NCBI RefSeq assembly: GCF_000143415.4
Contig: NW_003314302.1
Location: forward strand, 265,182-329,181
Source: Selaginella moellendorffii
Lineage: Eukaryota; Plantae; Lycopodiophyta
Reading direction: 5' to 3'
DNA length: 64,000 nt
A program made the position numbers and the translations under genes. The notes beneath the pieces were generated by a model that saw nothing but the letters and a program-made list of their open reading frames with translations, did no database searches and was not told the origin of the DNA. This document shows, in pieces, positions 11,607 to 24,047 of this stretch; the stretch's first letter is position 1, and every line of letters begins with the position of its first letter.

Positions 11607-13021
11607 TTACACGATACTGAAGAAACCACGGTCGAGCGTGAAAAACATCTTCTCGCTCGCGTGAGCGCTGCGAACCATGTCAGCGACATCGTCGGAGGTG
11701 TTGAGAGACGCACTGAGAACTTCCAGAGGGATGGACCCGTAGACAGACCTCGATCCGGACAGAAAACTCGGGTAGAAGCTCGACGTGAAGTGGATGCAAA
11801 TCCATTCCATTGGGAAGCTCCCAGTATTCACCTGAGACAAACAGCCAGAGCTCAAACAATCGAAGATCGTCTAGAAAGACTTACAACAGCGTGAGGATGA
11901 TATGGTGGAACAACGAAAACGTCGCCAGCATCAACCGTCTGGTCGATAGCTGCTTGGCCTTCGTGCGTTGCAACCTCGACTCGGCCTTTGCCTTTGGTCA
12001 CGTAGACGATTTGTCCAGAGCCGAGAAGCCACTGTGGAGCAAACATGCTGGAGGGATTGAGCTTGACGAGAACCGCTCCGAAGTTCAAGTGTTCCAGGAT
12101 CCTCATCTTGGTATCGTCCAGGAGCGTCATACGGCCACCGGACTCGATCACATCCGGGTGAGCAATCTCCATGTTGAAAGACAGATCACCTCGCATCTCT
12201 CCATTGTCAGATTGATCACTGCTAACTTCGTTGTCGAATTCCTACGCGGGGAAACAAAATCCAGTGACCATCTTTCGAAAGAGGAAGAACAAAAAGCTTG
12301 CCTTTGCGTCCGCAAACACGGAGCTCTTCTGCGCTTGAACGATGCTGCGGGCTTCTTTCATATCAACTTGGAACGTCCTCTTGAGAACCTCGTCGCTGAA
12401 TCCGTGGAGGAAAGAGCCCTTCTTGCTTTCCTCGGATCCAGCAAGAAAGTAAGTCTTGCACGACTTACAATCTTCCTGGAGGACTTGCTTGTTCACGCAA
12501 AACATCTTCATGCCCAATCCACCAGTGTTCCATAGCCAAACCATCCATCCAGCGGGAAGAGCTACAACATCTCCAACTCTCACATATCTGGAAAAGATTT
12601 CAAGGCTTTGAGAAAACAATCTAAAAACAAATCGAATCTAAGAAGAAGAACACGAATCTAAAGAACTTGATAGAGAACATGAATTTAAAGAGCATGGGAA
12701 GATCATTCGATCAAAGTACCTCGTGTTTGTGGCTTCTCCAGAAGGACGAACGATTCCAGCAGTAGCCCTCCCTTCCAAGACGTAGCACAAGCTATCGGCA
12801 TCCACATACATTGGCAGCACCAAACCATTTGGCTTCAAATGGATGATCTCGCTCTTGACGCCGATCTCTTCGAAGGCTGTGGCGTCGCGATCCCAGCCCA
12901 AAATCCTCCCGCCCTTCTCTTTCACGACCTTCCTGGGGTGGGGAAGCACGAGATCCGACGAGTCCTTGGCGCTGGCGAATCCAAGTGCCAGGAGCAGCAA
13001 GAACACGAATCTCATCACCAT
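11607..13021 (-). CDS. Secreted bicupin, 11S legumin/glutelin-like storage globulin (4 exons)
   Basis: Signal peptide MVMRFVFLLLLALGFASA. Cupin 1 (PNGLVLPMYVDADSLCYVLEG; GDVVALPAG; YFLAG; FLHGFSDEVL) and cupin 2 (PSSMFAPQW; GDVFVVP; SFLSG..SV). Confidence 0.85.
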
Positions 13022-13126
13022 TGCCGCCGATTCTTGCAGGAAAAACCGGGAGATTATCGAAGAGGATGGATTGGAATGCTGCAAGGCGCGTACTCTTGAC
13101 AAGGAAGCCCTAGCTAAAAAGAGGTC

Positions 13127-13166
13127 CATGCAAGACTAGCGCTCTCCACGCGGCAATAGCCATGCA
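13127..13166. promoter_or_regulatory. Two RY (CATGCA) motifs including a legumin-box core, upstream of the cupin gene
   Basis: CATGCA at 13127 and ATAGCCATGCA at 13156-13166, about 105-145 bp upstream of the ATG. Confidence 0.45.
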
Positions 13167-13696
13167 GCAAACAAGCCAAGGATTGAGACAAAGTATTTGC
13201 TAAAAAATGCAAGAAGGTTCAGTAGTAGAGCTTAGACCAATGAAACGAGGGAGTTTTTCTTTTTCCAACTCAGCTTCTTCACTCATCACCAAGTTTCTTT
13301 GACGGATCAAGAGGGTGGCAGAATTTTACTGTTTCAAGTGCAAAACAGAGGCCAAACCAAATTATTTTATGGAGAATTTTAGTCTATGAATAATCAATTA
13401 TTAATAGAAACTAAAAAATTCTGTTGACACCTTTACTCTAAAAATCTATTTTTTCAAAGTTACATGATCAAATATTAGTGATTAATAAGAAAAGGAAAAA
13501 CTACTGTGGAAAGTTTCAAAGATTGTTAGTGATTATCTTCTAGATTTTAAATTATTTTTCTTTATCGTTTATTTTTATTTTTTAATGATCAATAGAAACT
13601 TTGAAAAGAGTATAATGTGTGAGTGTTTATTCACACCCACTGTTTAATATGAATTTTATGTAAAGTATTTTATGTAATTTGGACTAGTGGCATTTT

Positions 13697-14584
13697 TTAT
13701 TTTATATGTAATTTGGACTCAGATGACCACAAAGGATGATCTTGAGGGTTTTTAATCACAAAATTCCCATCTTGCTGTAAATGGGCCAAGCATCCATCAA
13801 TAGGCTTGTAAGGGTGCTTACTCAAGTATAAAATTCTTCCATTGCTCTTCTCAATTAACACCAACTTACAATCTATGCACAGGGTCAGCCTGTAAAGCCC
13901 ATTCACAGAGTTCAAGCTATTTCCTGCTGGAATAAAAGACCCCGGAACTTTGTTTTGATTCCCTATAAGTGATGATTCAAAGCTCCAACAGTCACTTCCA
14001 GCAATATCATCCTCCATCACATTAGACGTATTTCTAATTACCTTGGGTGTCTGAGAAATAAAGGCCATACCATAGTTTTGTGCTTGGTAAACACCAAAGT
14101 TTACTTGATAGTGTATGGCAAAGTTTGAGAATTCTGTGCGTATTTCGGCACAAAACCTCCGCCTTCCTCTAATATAAGTCGAGGCATCTGAAAATATCTG
14201 ATTTCTGATATTTCTGAAAGTGGCTCGCACTGAATGGGAGGGAAAACCAATTGTTATTAAGGGATCTGCAACACAAAACATAACAACAACAGGGGCGTTG
14301 ATATAAAATGTAATCCTGAGTGTCATTGCACCAATATGAAACTCCACTGATGTGCTTCCCAGTGGAAAAAGGTTCTAAGAATTATGCCCAGTAGCATCAA
14401 CGTAGTGAGTTGTAATAAAATTAGACATGAGCCGAATTACATCTTCGAATTGCTCAGGTGATAATGCACCTGAAGCCAGTTGAAAAACTGTTGTGGGATT
14501 GGAATAGTAGGGTGGTGGTGGAACTAAAGAATGAGCAAACTTTTGCAAAATAAAAATCAGCAAAACAATCAAAAAGTGGATCAT
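13697..14584 (-). pseudogene. Signal peptide, unknown domain and bulb-type (GNA) lectin domain; one in-frame TAG at 14375-14377
   Basis: ORFs 14375-14584 and 13697-14347 are in the same frame (296 codons in total). The C-terminus GNSLNSVNGLYRLTLCIDCKLVL...AHLQQDGNFVIKN..PLWSS is B-lectin-like. Paralogous to 52073-53002. Confidence 0.75.
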
Positions 14585-15413
14585 TGTTCACAAAACTTAA
14601 AAAAACGAATATAGTGACGGATTTGTATTGTTCACAATTGTCTATTAAAGATATTAGAATATTCTGGATATTTAAATTAATTCATTTGTCGTTATAAATT
14701 TTCTAATTATTAAGCTAAGTTAAGTTATTTTCTAATGTATTCTTTTAAGATAGTTGTTTATGTAAATAGAATTGAATATCTTTTTAAAACCCCCAGTTCA
14801 GATTTGTATGTCGGTTTAATTAGGCAGCTTCTCCTTGAAGCTGATAAAGGTCCCGGTCTTTCAGGACGGTGCAGGTAGAATCAAAATCAGACATGAGCAC
14901 CTGAAACGCCACATACCCTTAATTCCACCACCATATTCTTTTTGAGCTTGCGAGAGTTTATCTTTACCGAGAAGCTGCTCAAGTCGAGTAGGTTTAAGTT
15001 ACATAAAAGAGAGAAACCTCACCACAAACCCAGTCGTTTCCTCCTGGAAACACTCTTGTCCCTTGAAGTAGTCGTGCTTCAAGCTTTGGTTCTACAAAAA
15101 ATATTACAAGAAAGAAAGTCGACTCCTGTAGCTCCAGGCCAGATCCCTGAAGATTCGCACAGGGAGACATACTTTCACCTTTTGAGCCACTCTGAAAACT
15201 CCTTTCCAATCTCCTCAACAGGAAGCACAGGAAGCATATGTTTGTCTCCCGTCCCGTGCCAACTAGAGAAAAAACTAGTCGAAATGTCAAAGAGAAGAGA
15301 ACACACACTCGACGCCAAGCCCTTAGAAATCCAGTCTTAAACTCAAAGATCTGAGGCCAAGCATCATCCTTGATTGAGGCTGCTCCTTAATTTGAATTCA
15401 AGTTAATCGAAAT

Positions 15414-15853
15414 TCAGACTAAAGGATCTGTGGAGCTAGTGTTGCTCCAGAATGCATGGACTGGATGGAACCCAGGAGTTCTCAAAGCTACGGTACATGC
15501 ACAGTCGTGTATCTCGGGCTCTTCTTTCTCCAGGAAGGTTCTCGATTCCGATTCGTCAAAGAATTTCAAACATCTTTCCTTTGATTTACCCAGACGGTCT
15601 GGTGGGGGCTTGCAACCACAGTATATACTAGTGAACTCTTTCATGTCCATATCCGAGAACTTGTTGAGCCCAGCTGTCCATGAGGCGTGTGGGTTGCTGT
15701 TGTGATGCTGCACCCACAAGTAGTTTTGCTTGAACACGCCGAAGCGGTACGTCTCCTCCTCTTTGCTTGCATACGTCTTGCCAAACTCACAGTATTCGTC
15801 CAGATGCTCAGAATTTTTTTAGCATATCCTCCAACTTTTTGAGTAAGAGTCAT
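15414..15853 (-). pseudogene. Papain-family cysteine protease propeptide (inhibitor I29) fragment
   Basis: FGKTYASKEEETYRFGVFKQNYLWVQHHN...WTAGLNKFSDMDMKEF matches the ERFNIN/GxNxFxD region. No intact catalytic domain was recognised. Confidence 0.7.
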
Positions 15854-16391
15854 GCCTCAGTGTTGTTTGAAATTGGACTGGATGGACCAGATGTTCAGAA
15901 AGTCCATGTGCCCCAGAGTTCTTGAAGCTTGGAAGAGACAAAAGAGCACGTCTAGCCCGTGGCCCAAGAAAAGGTTGAGAACAGTTTACTGAAGAAATGG
16001 AACAGGAGAACCAACCAGGGTCCTCATGACATCCTCGTCCATTTTTTCGATATATTTTATCCAATGGGAGCACGGCATCAAAATGACGACTATACCAGTT
16101 AGATGAGAAGGACGAAAGGAAGTTGTAACCATCCCATAGTTATATCTATCTATTCTAGATCCCCTGTTGAATGTTTTTTGCTTGCTGTGTTTGAATCTTA
16201 TATTAGCGAAGGTTTATAATATATTGTAGGTTTATAATATATTGTGGTGAGAAAGGAGTTTTTAAATGTTTGGTATAAGCTTGGAAACTTTCACTCTAAC
16301 AAAGAACTTCCTCTTCCTTTTCAAGGCCTCCTTTAGCAGCAATTCACTCTTCTTCCCCCTGTTCATCAACATCAATCATTCCCGGGAGATA

Positions 16392-16612
16392 CTGCTCAAA
16401 TAATCCACTTGCAGATCGTCAGATCTGGGCTAGATCGAGACCACCACCTTGGAAACCAGTGTATATCAAATGTGGCAGCCTCGCTGAAGCTATAATATAA
16501 TATTGGCTCTAGGCAAGCTTGTTTGAACCGCAATCACCAATGCTAACGTCCAGTCAGGAGATTTTCACAAGGCCATCTATCTCTTCCATTGCCTATTGCT
16601 CAAGGGAGTGAT
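16392..16612 (+). pseudogene. PPR gene fragment
   Basis: AQIIHLQIVRSGLDRDHHLGN..YIKCGSLAEA and QSGDFHKAIYLFHCLLLKGV occur in broken frames. Confidence 0.65.
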
Positions 16613-18769
16613 ATGTTGCTGCTAGCCAACTGGATCAAAGGAGTCATTATACAAATGCATTATAATGATATATATTTTTAATGATTTTTTATGTTATTGT
16701 TAATTTAAGTTAAAAAATTCAACTACTTGCTATCAACTAGAACATTAGTAGCAAATTTTCCTTAGTTACAAATTTTATATTGTAATTTGTGATAATTTTA
16801 TATTCACAAAACATTTAGTTGGAAATTAAATTTGTACTTTACAACTGAAATATATATCATAATTGTTTATCACTATATAAAACTTATTCTTTAAACTAGG
16901 CAATTTTATATATGTTTCTAGTAACTAAATTGTAAGTTTAGTTGCAAACTTTTTCGTCATAAATTTCAATAATATTTATATCAACTCATTATAGAACTTT
17001 GTAATTTTTTTCCTTCTCAAATCTATATTATACGTTTTGTTTAGGATTTATAAATTTTGCTGTTTGATGTGTGGAGGTAATCATATTCACCTCATATAAA
17101 TGATCACAAATCGTATTTGTCTTTATGGTATACATACTTTAGCACTACATGATGCATGGTTTTTAATGAAAGATATTTGGGGCATTATATTACACAAATT
17201 CACCATTTATAAAAATAACATTTTGAAATTTGTGGAATTTTTATCGCTCTAGATGATGGTGGTATTAATTTAGATAGTGGTATTAATTTAGTAGCAATGA
17301 TAATATTGATAGTTTATTTGATTATTTTTTAGAATGGTTACATACAAATAAAGACAATTTATTACCTATTTCATAAGGATAACAAGGACCTTCTATTTTT
17401 TTGAATTTAAAACATTCAGAAATATAAAGTTTTTAATAATAATATATTTGAGAAATTTACCATGTGCTATTTTCCTTTACTATTCTTTATTATTATTATA
17501 TAGAAAAATATTACTTAATCAATGTGCCATCAACTTTAGCAATTAAGCCTTCATTTATATTTTAATACCATTATACTATCAATAATCAATATATTTTAAT
17601 GATTTGTTAAAGTTTTACTATCAAAGTTTCTATCATGGCATAACCATATATTTTGCTTTATTCTACATGCAACTAAAGTTTTTCTATTACTTACAGAATT
17701 ATCATGCTAGCTATGTAAATTATTGAAATTCATCTGTATGAATCATAAAACTCAAATTAGATATTATTACCTAATATTATTAAATGATTATCCATATTTT
17801 ATGAGCTTTCATATTTTTAAAATTTTCTAGTAACATTCTTATATATTTAATTTTTTATTATTTATTTTATTTAAGTGGTATGTAAGACAATCAAACAAAA
17901 AGAAATAAAAATATGCACTATGTAGTGGTATTTAAAGGTTTTTATCATTATAAAAACTTTATTAATTAGAAACCTATACTATTAAAAATATAAATGATCC
18001 ATTTTAAAAATAATTATTTATATTGAAAAAAAATTGTTTTAGGTATTTTTATAAAGATATTTAATGTTTTATTTATTTATAGCTAATTCAAGTGAGTAAC
18101 AGAGTTTTGAAGTTGATAGGAAAGAAAGATATACTATTAGAAAGTAATTAAACTACAGTAGGAGCAACTCTTAATTAGATTTACAAATATTGAATTTCAA
18201 ACTTTTATAATCTAAAAAATAGGATTTATCAGGTAGATATAAAATTATTTTCTTAGAGGTATAAATTGGAATAATAATTTAAAGCTCTTGTAAAATCATG
18301 TATGTATTAAATAATCAATATAAAATAAAGATTTGCAACCAAAAGTAGGTGTGGTAAAAATTAAAGTTTATGAAATTTATGTTAAAAATTAAGTTAAAAA
18401 AATAATTTTATGTAAGTTACAACACACTAAAGTATCAAGAATCTGAATGAAACTTATTCTTGAAAAATTTAAAATCTTTAAAACAAGGTTATAAGTATAT
18501 ATAGTGACTTAAATTCTCATCTTTATAATGTAACACTTAGTAAAAACTTTAGTAAAAAATAATAGCTAAATATAAGAACTATTTTTTTTGTTTATAACTA
18601 TTATAAATTACTTAAAATATAGACTTCTAATTGAGACTTTAAACCTAGTCACAAATAATGACTACCAATATTTAATAACATTTTAACTTAATTTCTAAAA
18701 CTATTTGTTTTAAAAATATTAACAAATAATAAGCTATTTTTTTAAAAACTTAAGCAACAACTGAGTTCT

Positions 18770-19670
18770 TCCCCATCTTGGGATACAGCATCTTGGTCTC
18801 TCTCTGCTATATCTCCACCACAAAAGGTTGCAGCTTTTTGATCGTCAGCACCATGTGCAGTTGCAAGCTCTTTCTTGATCAGAGTTTCCGCTCAAGCAGC
18901 CTCTTGCCTCCTCTTTTCCTGATATGCAGCCACCACTTCCTTGAGGTCATCCACATTGAAAACTCTGGCATTTGGAACATCCTCCAGGCAGGCTCCAACA
19001 TTTCAAGGAACTGATATATTACCACTCTAAGAGCCAGAGGAAAATTGCTCACGAGCTCCTTAAGGAAGAAAAGCTGGCCAGAAGCCGTGCAAAGTGAAGA
19101 TCACGTCGGCCTCTCCAGCACAAACTTAAAGTGTCTCCAAGCTCCTGTGCTTGACTGTAACTTTGGTCTACGTTTTACCATCCTAGAGCAGCCCTTGGAA
19201 ACCAAATGCTTCACGAGCAGCTTCACCATGGTTTCCGCACCGACGATCAAAACTCTCGAGTGCTGGAGCTGCTCAATTACACCGAGTTTGAGAGCTGCCA
19301 TTCCACAGCAGCGGCGCTGACCGACATTGCTCCTGTTGAGATTTCTGTCTTGGCCCGAGTGAGAGGCCGGCCTCTCGAGCGGATTTAAAGACCGCATCGT
19401 CTTCCCGGAAGACAAACAAATGTGGTCTAAGCTCCTCTACAGAGGCTCCACTGATCTGTCGGGAGAAAAAGAAAGAGCTAAGAAAACGTAAGAAAGCAAT
19501 CCATGGAGAGCTAGAACATAGGTTTCTGTGCGATTACACGTGTTGCCGCTTTGATGCGGATCAGGCTACAAAGCTCCTTGATGACTCGAGACCAATCACT
19601 CTTGGGAATTGCCAGTTTCTCACGCAGCTTGGAGCTGTGTGGAAACTCAAGCCAATGACAAGCATAGAGC
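18770..19670 (-). pseudogene. HEMA: Glutamyl-tRNA reductase pseudogene with deletions, frameshifts and stops
   Basis: MLVIGLS.HTA...EKLAIPKSDWSRVIKELCSL...CNRTETYVLAL; RVLIVGAETMVKLLVKHLVSKGC; [30 protein letters not shown]. Confidence 0.85.
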
Positions 19671-22503
19671 GCAGAAAAAAGAAAGGAGTAAGCAACAGGA
19701 GGCCATAGGAATTTTCAAAGAGCATAAGGGAAGAGAAAAACCATCACATAGTAACCCCAAGCAACCTCGGGATTGCTAGCTCGGGATCTACACTGCCCCT
19801 GGATTCATGGCTCCTGACTGTTTATCACTCGCGTTTTGCGCCTAAAGGTGTCTGGGGTGGCATGCAAGTCCCCCGCGCTATCGCAACCTGGCTCCAGGAA
19901 GAATCCATCACATCCGGCCTCCCAGAAGAATTATGCGGTCTGTGATGCGACAGTCGCCTTTGAATCAGGCCGAGATTCTTCTATGCCATATCTTGATCGA
20001 TCGATGCATTCAATCCAACGTTTCGGAGGGAGGAGAGGGAGAGTAGGAAATAGTAATAGAAGGAATGCTCTGCAGTCTATAGGGAGCTAGCACTAATGCC
20101 TTAATACCAGTGAGGACATTGCTGTTAATATATACATATTTTTGGGTCATGTAGCACTCAACTGGAGGCATTAGACCACTCTTGGTCCCTCTAGTCCTGA
20201 ACCAAATTTAAATCATGTAACCCAAAGAAAAACTAAAAAAGAGAAAACTGATACAAAGGTGTGAGGTTTTTAGTGTAAGAAATAAACTTAATTTTTCCTC
20301 TTAAAATTTTCTTTAATCAAAATAGATCATGTTTACCATCCATCAGTAAATTTCAAGAACAATTTGGTTTATTAAGAATTCATCCAACTGATAAACATGT
20401 GTGAACAGTTTTAAAGCTTTAGTTTTATCTCACTCCCGTATAATGGAAGATTAACAATTATACTTAAACTTTGGTCTGTACTTTTCAGCTCTTTGCCTTA
20501 TGGCCATTAGAGAGCACTCTTTACATAAACAACTTTTGAATAAAGAACTAGAGCAATCTTAATAAGAACTACACAATATTTTTACTTACTAGAGTTTGAG
20601 AGATTACTATGCAAAACCATCATGCTTTATGAAACAACACTGTTGTGTTCTAGTTTGTCAAAAGTTTTTCTGGCATGAAGAGTGCTCTTAACACTTTTTC
20701 ATAACCATAACATAGCAAGATTCATTAATTAAAGAATATTCTAAATACTGCTTTTAAGGAATTAGGATTGATTTATAATTAGAATCTATCTAGTTTCTTA
20801 ATTAATATATAATTGAATCAAATAATTTGTTGTGCTTTGCATGCAACAACACTTAGTTTATTTAATATTAATGTCATTTTTATTTAGTATTATTAAATAA
20901 TTCAATTGATCAATAATTGGGAATAGGTATATTAATTGGGGTTTAGACCCTTGTTTATATACAATAATGGATAGACCAGATTTTGGATGGTCAATATACG
21001 ATAGTACTATAATTAGTGTATTACCTAGTTAAGGTAATACATGTGTATACACATTTATAAACTTTATATCATCCTCCCCTTTGGAAGATGACAAGTGAAA
21101 CATCTAGAGCTTTTGCTAGGCGATGATAAACTATCACAAGAATCTGAAACTCTCACAAAAGTACCAACAAAGTTGTTGATAACCATGACTAAAACAAAAC
21201 CCAAAGCCATAGTATAAGCATCAATCGACTACAAAATCTTGATGAACTAGTTGTAATTTTGTGTGCAACTACCAAATACTTGAACCAACTTTAAAATCAT
21301 AACTTTGAACCAAAATAAAGGAGTTCAAAAACTATTGTAGTCCATGAAATGCCATTGCAACAAATTATGTATCCCATGTTTAAATCTACCCACCAATAAT
21401 CCTTCAAGACCATTGTTAATTTAGACTTATGATCATAAGTAAAACTTGCTTCTTTGTCTTTGTCTATCATTACATATAGGAGATCAAACTCACTCCACTT
21501 TTCCTCCATATCCTTTTTATCCCCTCCTTGAAGAATTTTTTTTTTTGAAGTATTAGCTCCATTCAGACTTATTTCGTCCGTCCTCACTCTACTATTTATA
21601 TTCCGCCTCACTCCATCATTAGGGTTGGACTCTCGCCCATCCCCTCTACCCCCTCCTTCAAAGAAATTTTTTTTTGAAATGTTGGGGCAAAAAAAAGAAA
21701 GTAAAAAAAATTGAGGAAGAAATAGTATGGAAGAAGAAAAATTGGATAAAGAAGCATTGGAAGAATAATTTATAGTAGTTGGCAATGCAAAAATAGGAAA
21801 AAAAAAAAAACATATACCGAAGTTTGGAAAATAGAGGACTTCTTATCATAAAATACTTCAACCATCACAATATAAACAAACAATTCACACCATTTAACCT
21901 CCTCAATACACAATTCAACACTTGAGATGAGAAAATTAATAATAACGTCCACACTCTCAAAGAAATATATAAACTTCTCAGCAGCAATGGTAAGGCAAAA
22001 GTTCTCAATAGCAAATAGGGACACATACTCAATTCAAAACTTTAGCCAAAGTGACTCAACCCTTGGAATAAAGAAATACTTAATATTAAAAATAATCAAA
22101 GACTTTGCCAATGAAAAAAAACAAGATTCTCAACTCTATGTACATACTCAACATCCAAATTAGTATAAAGAGGATATAAAACACTCAACTCAACATTAAA
22201 CTAAGAATGAGAATCATGAGAATGACAAATGATCAATGTGCTATGAAAAAAAAACACCCTAAATAAGGAAAAACTATTAGAAATATGAGAAAATGGCTTA
22301 GACCAAGAAATAAAAAAAGGTTAAGAAAGATCAAGAGGTAAGGAAAAAGGATTAAATGGCAGATTGAAGGATTAACACCTATCTTATGAAACCTTCATTT
22401 CATCTACAAAGCTATCTCTGTAATAATCAAGCTCGTCAAAATGATATAAAATTCACTTGAGCTCATACACAACATTTTCCCATAAATTTAATCGTCAGAC
22501 ATT

Positions 22504-22662
22504 TGTAAGCTCCTGAATTTAGACTTTCCAAGAGGTCACCCAGCCCAATATTATTCAAACCCAAGTATCCCAAGGACGGTGCATTCATATTCATGGGCCC
22601 TTTCCCTCTATATTTAAACCCTTATAGATCATCTCTTGAGTTGTTCTCTTTGGTTGTTTACA
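22504..22662 (-). mobile_element. Family A LTR copy, internally deleted
   Basis: TGTAAGCTCCTG...GTTTACA; colinear with 3889-4081. Confidence 0.8.
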
Positions 22663-22828
22663 ATCCACTACGTTTCCCTGCAAGTTCATGCTCTCATGAA
22701 CAGAAGCTGAGAGCCGCAACTCTCTCTCGAGCCTTGCCTCTTGACACCCTACCCTTCGGGTCAAGCCCAGCCGGAGCATACTGGACCCTTGCCAAATGTC
22801 AATCAATATGTGATGTAATTCCCCTAAC

Positions 22829-23669
22829 TGCAGCGCACCCTATCTCTCTCCCCTTAAGCCAATTGAAAAGGGGCAATTGCTTGATGAGAGAGCTCTTAAT
22901 GGCTATTTTATCCCCATTTATCCCCCAAGGTTCCAAAGATTCACGGTGGTAGTATATTTAAATCTCATGTCATGATCACATGCACTACACTCACCCCCTC
23001 TTAAAAGATGTCAATGTCTTCATTGACTATTGACTAATAACCCCTACTGAGCCAAAGGGAACTAACACCTCTATTTCCGCATTGAATATACCAATCCTTC
23101 TATTGTGTAGATCACATATTCCATGTGAGGCAACTAATTATCCATCCATACTGCAGTCCCACAGTAGATATTTTCGTTCGTGGATACGTATGGATGAGGA
23201 ATACTCCATACAAAAGGAAGGACATACGCATGGATGCCTAATACGTACAATGCATGGATGCCCAATATATACAATTTCAAATTTAGGGGTAGGAGTACTC
23301 CATACAAAAGGAAGGATGTATGTATATACATTTTCAAATTTAGGGGTAGGAATACTCCATACAAAAGGAATGATATATATATGGATGCCTAATACATACA
23401 ATTTCAAATTTAGGGGTAGGAATATACCTTGTTCAAGGGTATATTATATTTTTAAGTAGTCACTAATCAATAGGAATCGAACCCATGCCATTTGCTCCGA
23501 TACCAACTGTAATACACCCTGTCTCTCTCCCCTTAAGCCAACTAAAAAAGAGGCAATTACTTGATGAGAGAGCCCTTAATGGCTATTTTATCCCTATTTA
23601 TCCTCCAAAGTTCCAAAGATCCATAATGACAATATATCCAAATCTCATCCCATGATCACATGCACTACA
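22829..23669 (-). mobile_element. Complete TRIM (terminal-repeat retrotransposon in miniature), 841 bp
   Basis: LTRs at 22829-22989 and 23508-23669 (161/162 bp, TG..CA). tRNA-Met-type PBS TGGTATCGGAGC (23505-23494), PPT GAGGGGGTGAG (23000-22990), TSD CTAAC/CTAGC. No coding domain. Confidence 0.9.
23198..23425. repeat. Tandem array of about 3 units (roughly 56-94 bp) inside the TRIM
   Basis: ggaatactccatacaaaaggaa and atttcaaatttaggggtagga each occur three times. Confidence 0.85.
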
Positions 23670-23839
23670 CTAGCTAACCAATAGAGTTGATTTGGTGTGT
23701 TACCATCTCTAACTTTTGTAAGACATAATTACATGGCTTGTCCTGTTCTTGGTGTTCTGCCATCTTTTATTAATATTTAACATGATTGTGACATCGATTA
23801 GTGAGTTATGGATGATACAATTCAGTTCTCGGAGAATGT

Positions 23840-24047
23840 TGTAAGCAACCAAAGAGAACGACTCGAAAGACAATCCATAAGGGTTCAAATATAAAAGGAA
23901 AGGGCCCATGAATAAAAGTGCACCTCCTTTTCCAATTGGTTAATGGTCTTGGGATATTTAGGGTTAAACATCCTTGGGTTTGAATAGTATTGGGCTGAGT
24001 GATTTTCTAGGAAGTCCAAATTCAAGAGCTTACATTTGGTATCAAAG
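23840..24047 (+). mobile_element. Family A 5' LTR (23840-24034) with a tRNA-Met-type PBS
   Basis: Reverse complement of the 3889-4081 family, followed by tt-TGGTATCAAAG. Confidence 0.8.

Noticed and set aside
11810-12535. 241-aa plus-strand ORF
   Set aside because: It is antisense to the cupin exons.
22829-22989. Cassandra-type TRIM with 5S rRNA in the LTR
   Set aside because: I see no 5S-like sequence in the 161-bp LTR.
23198-23425. Repeat-spacer-like array resembling CRISPR
   Set aside because: The spacers are themselves related, the array lies inside a TRIM in a eukaryotic genome, and there are no cas genes.
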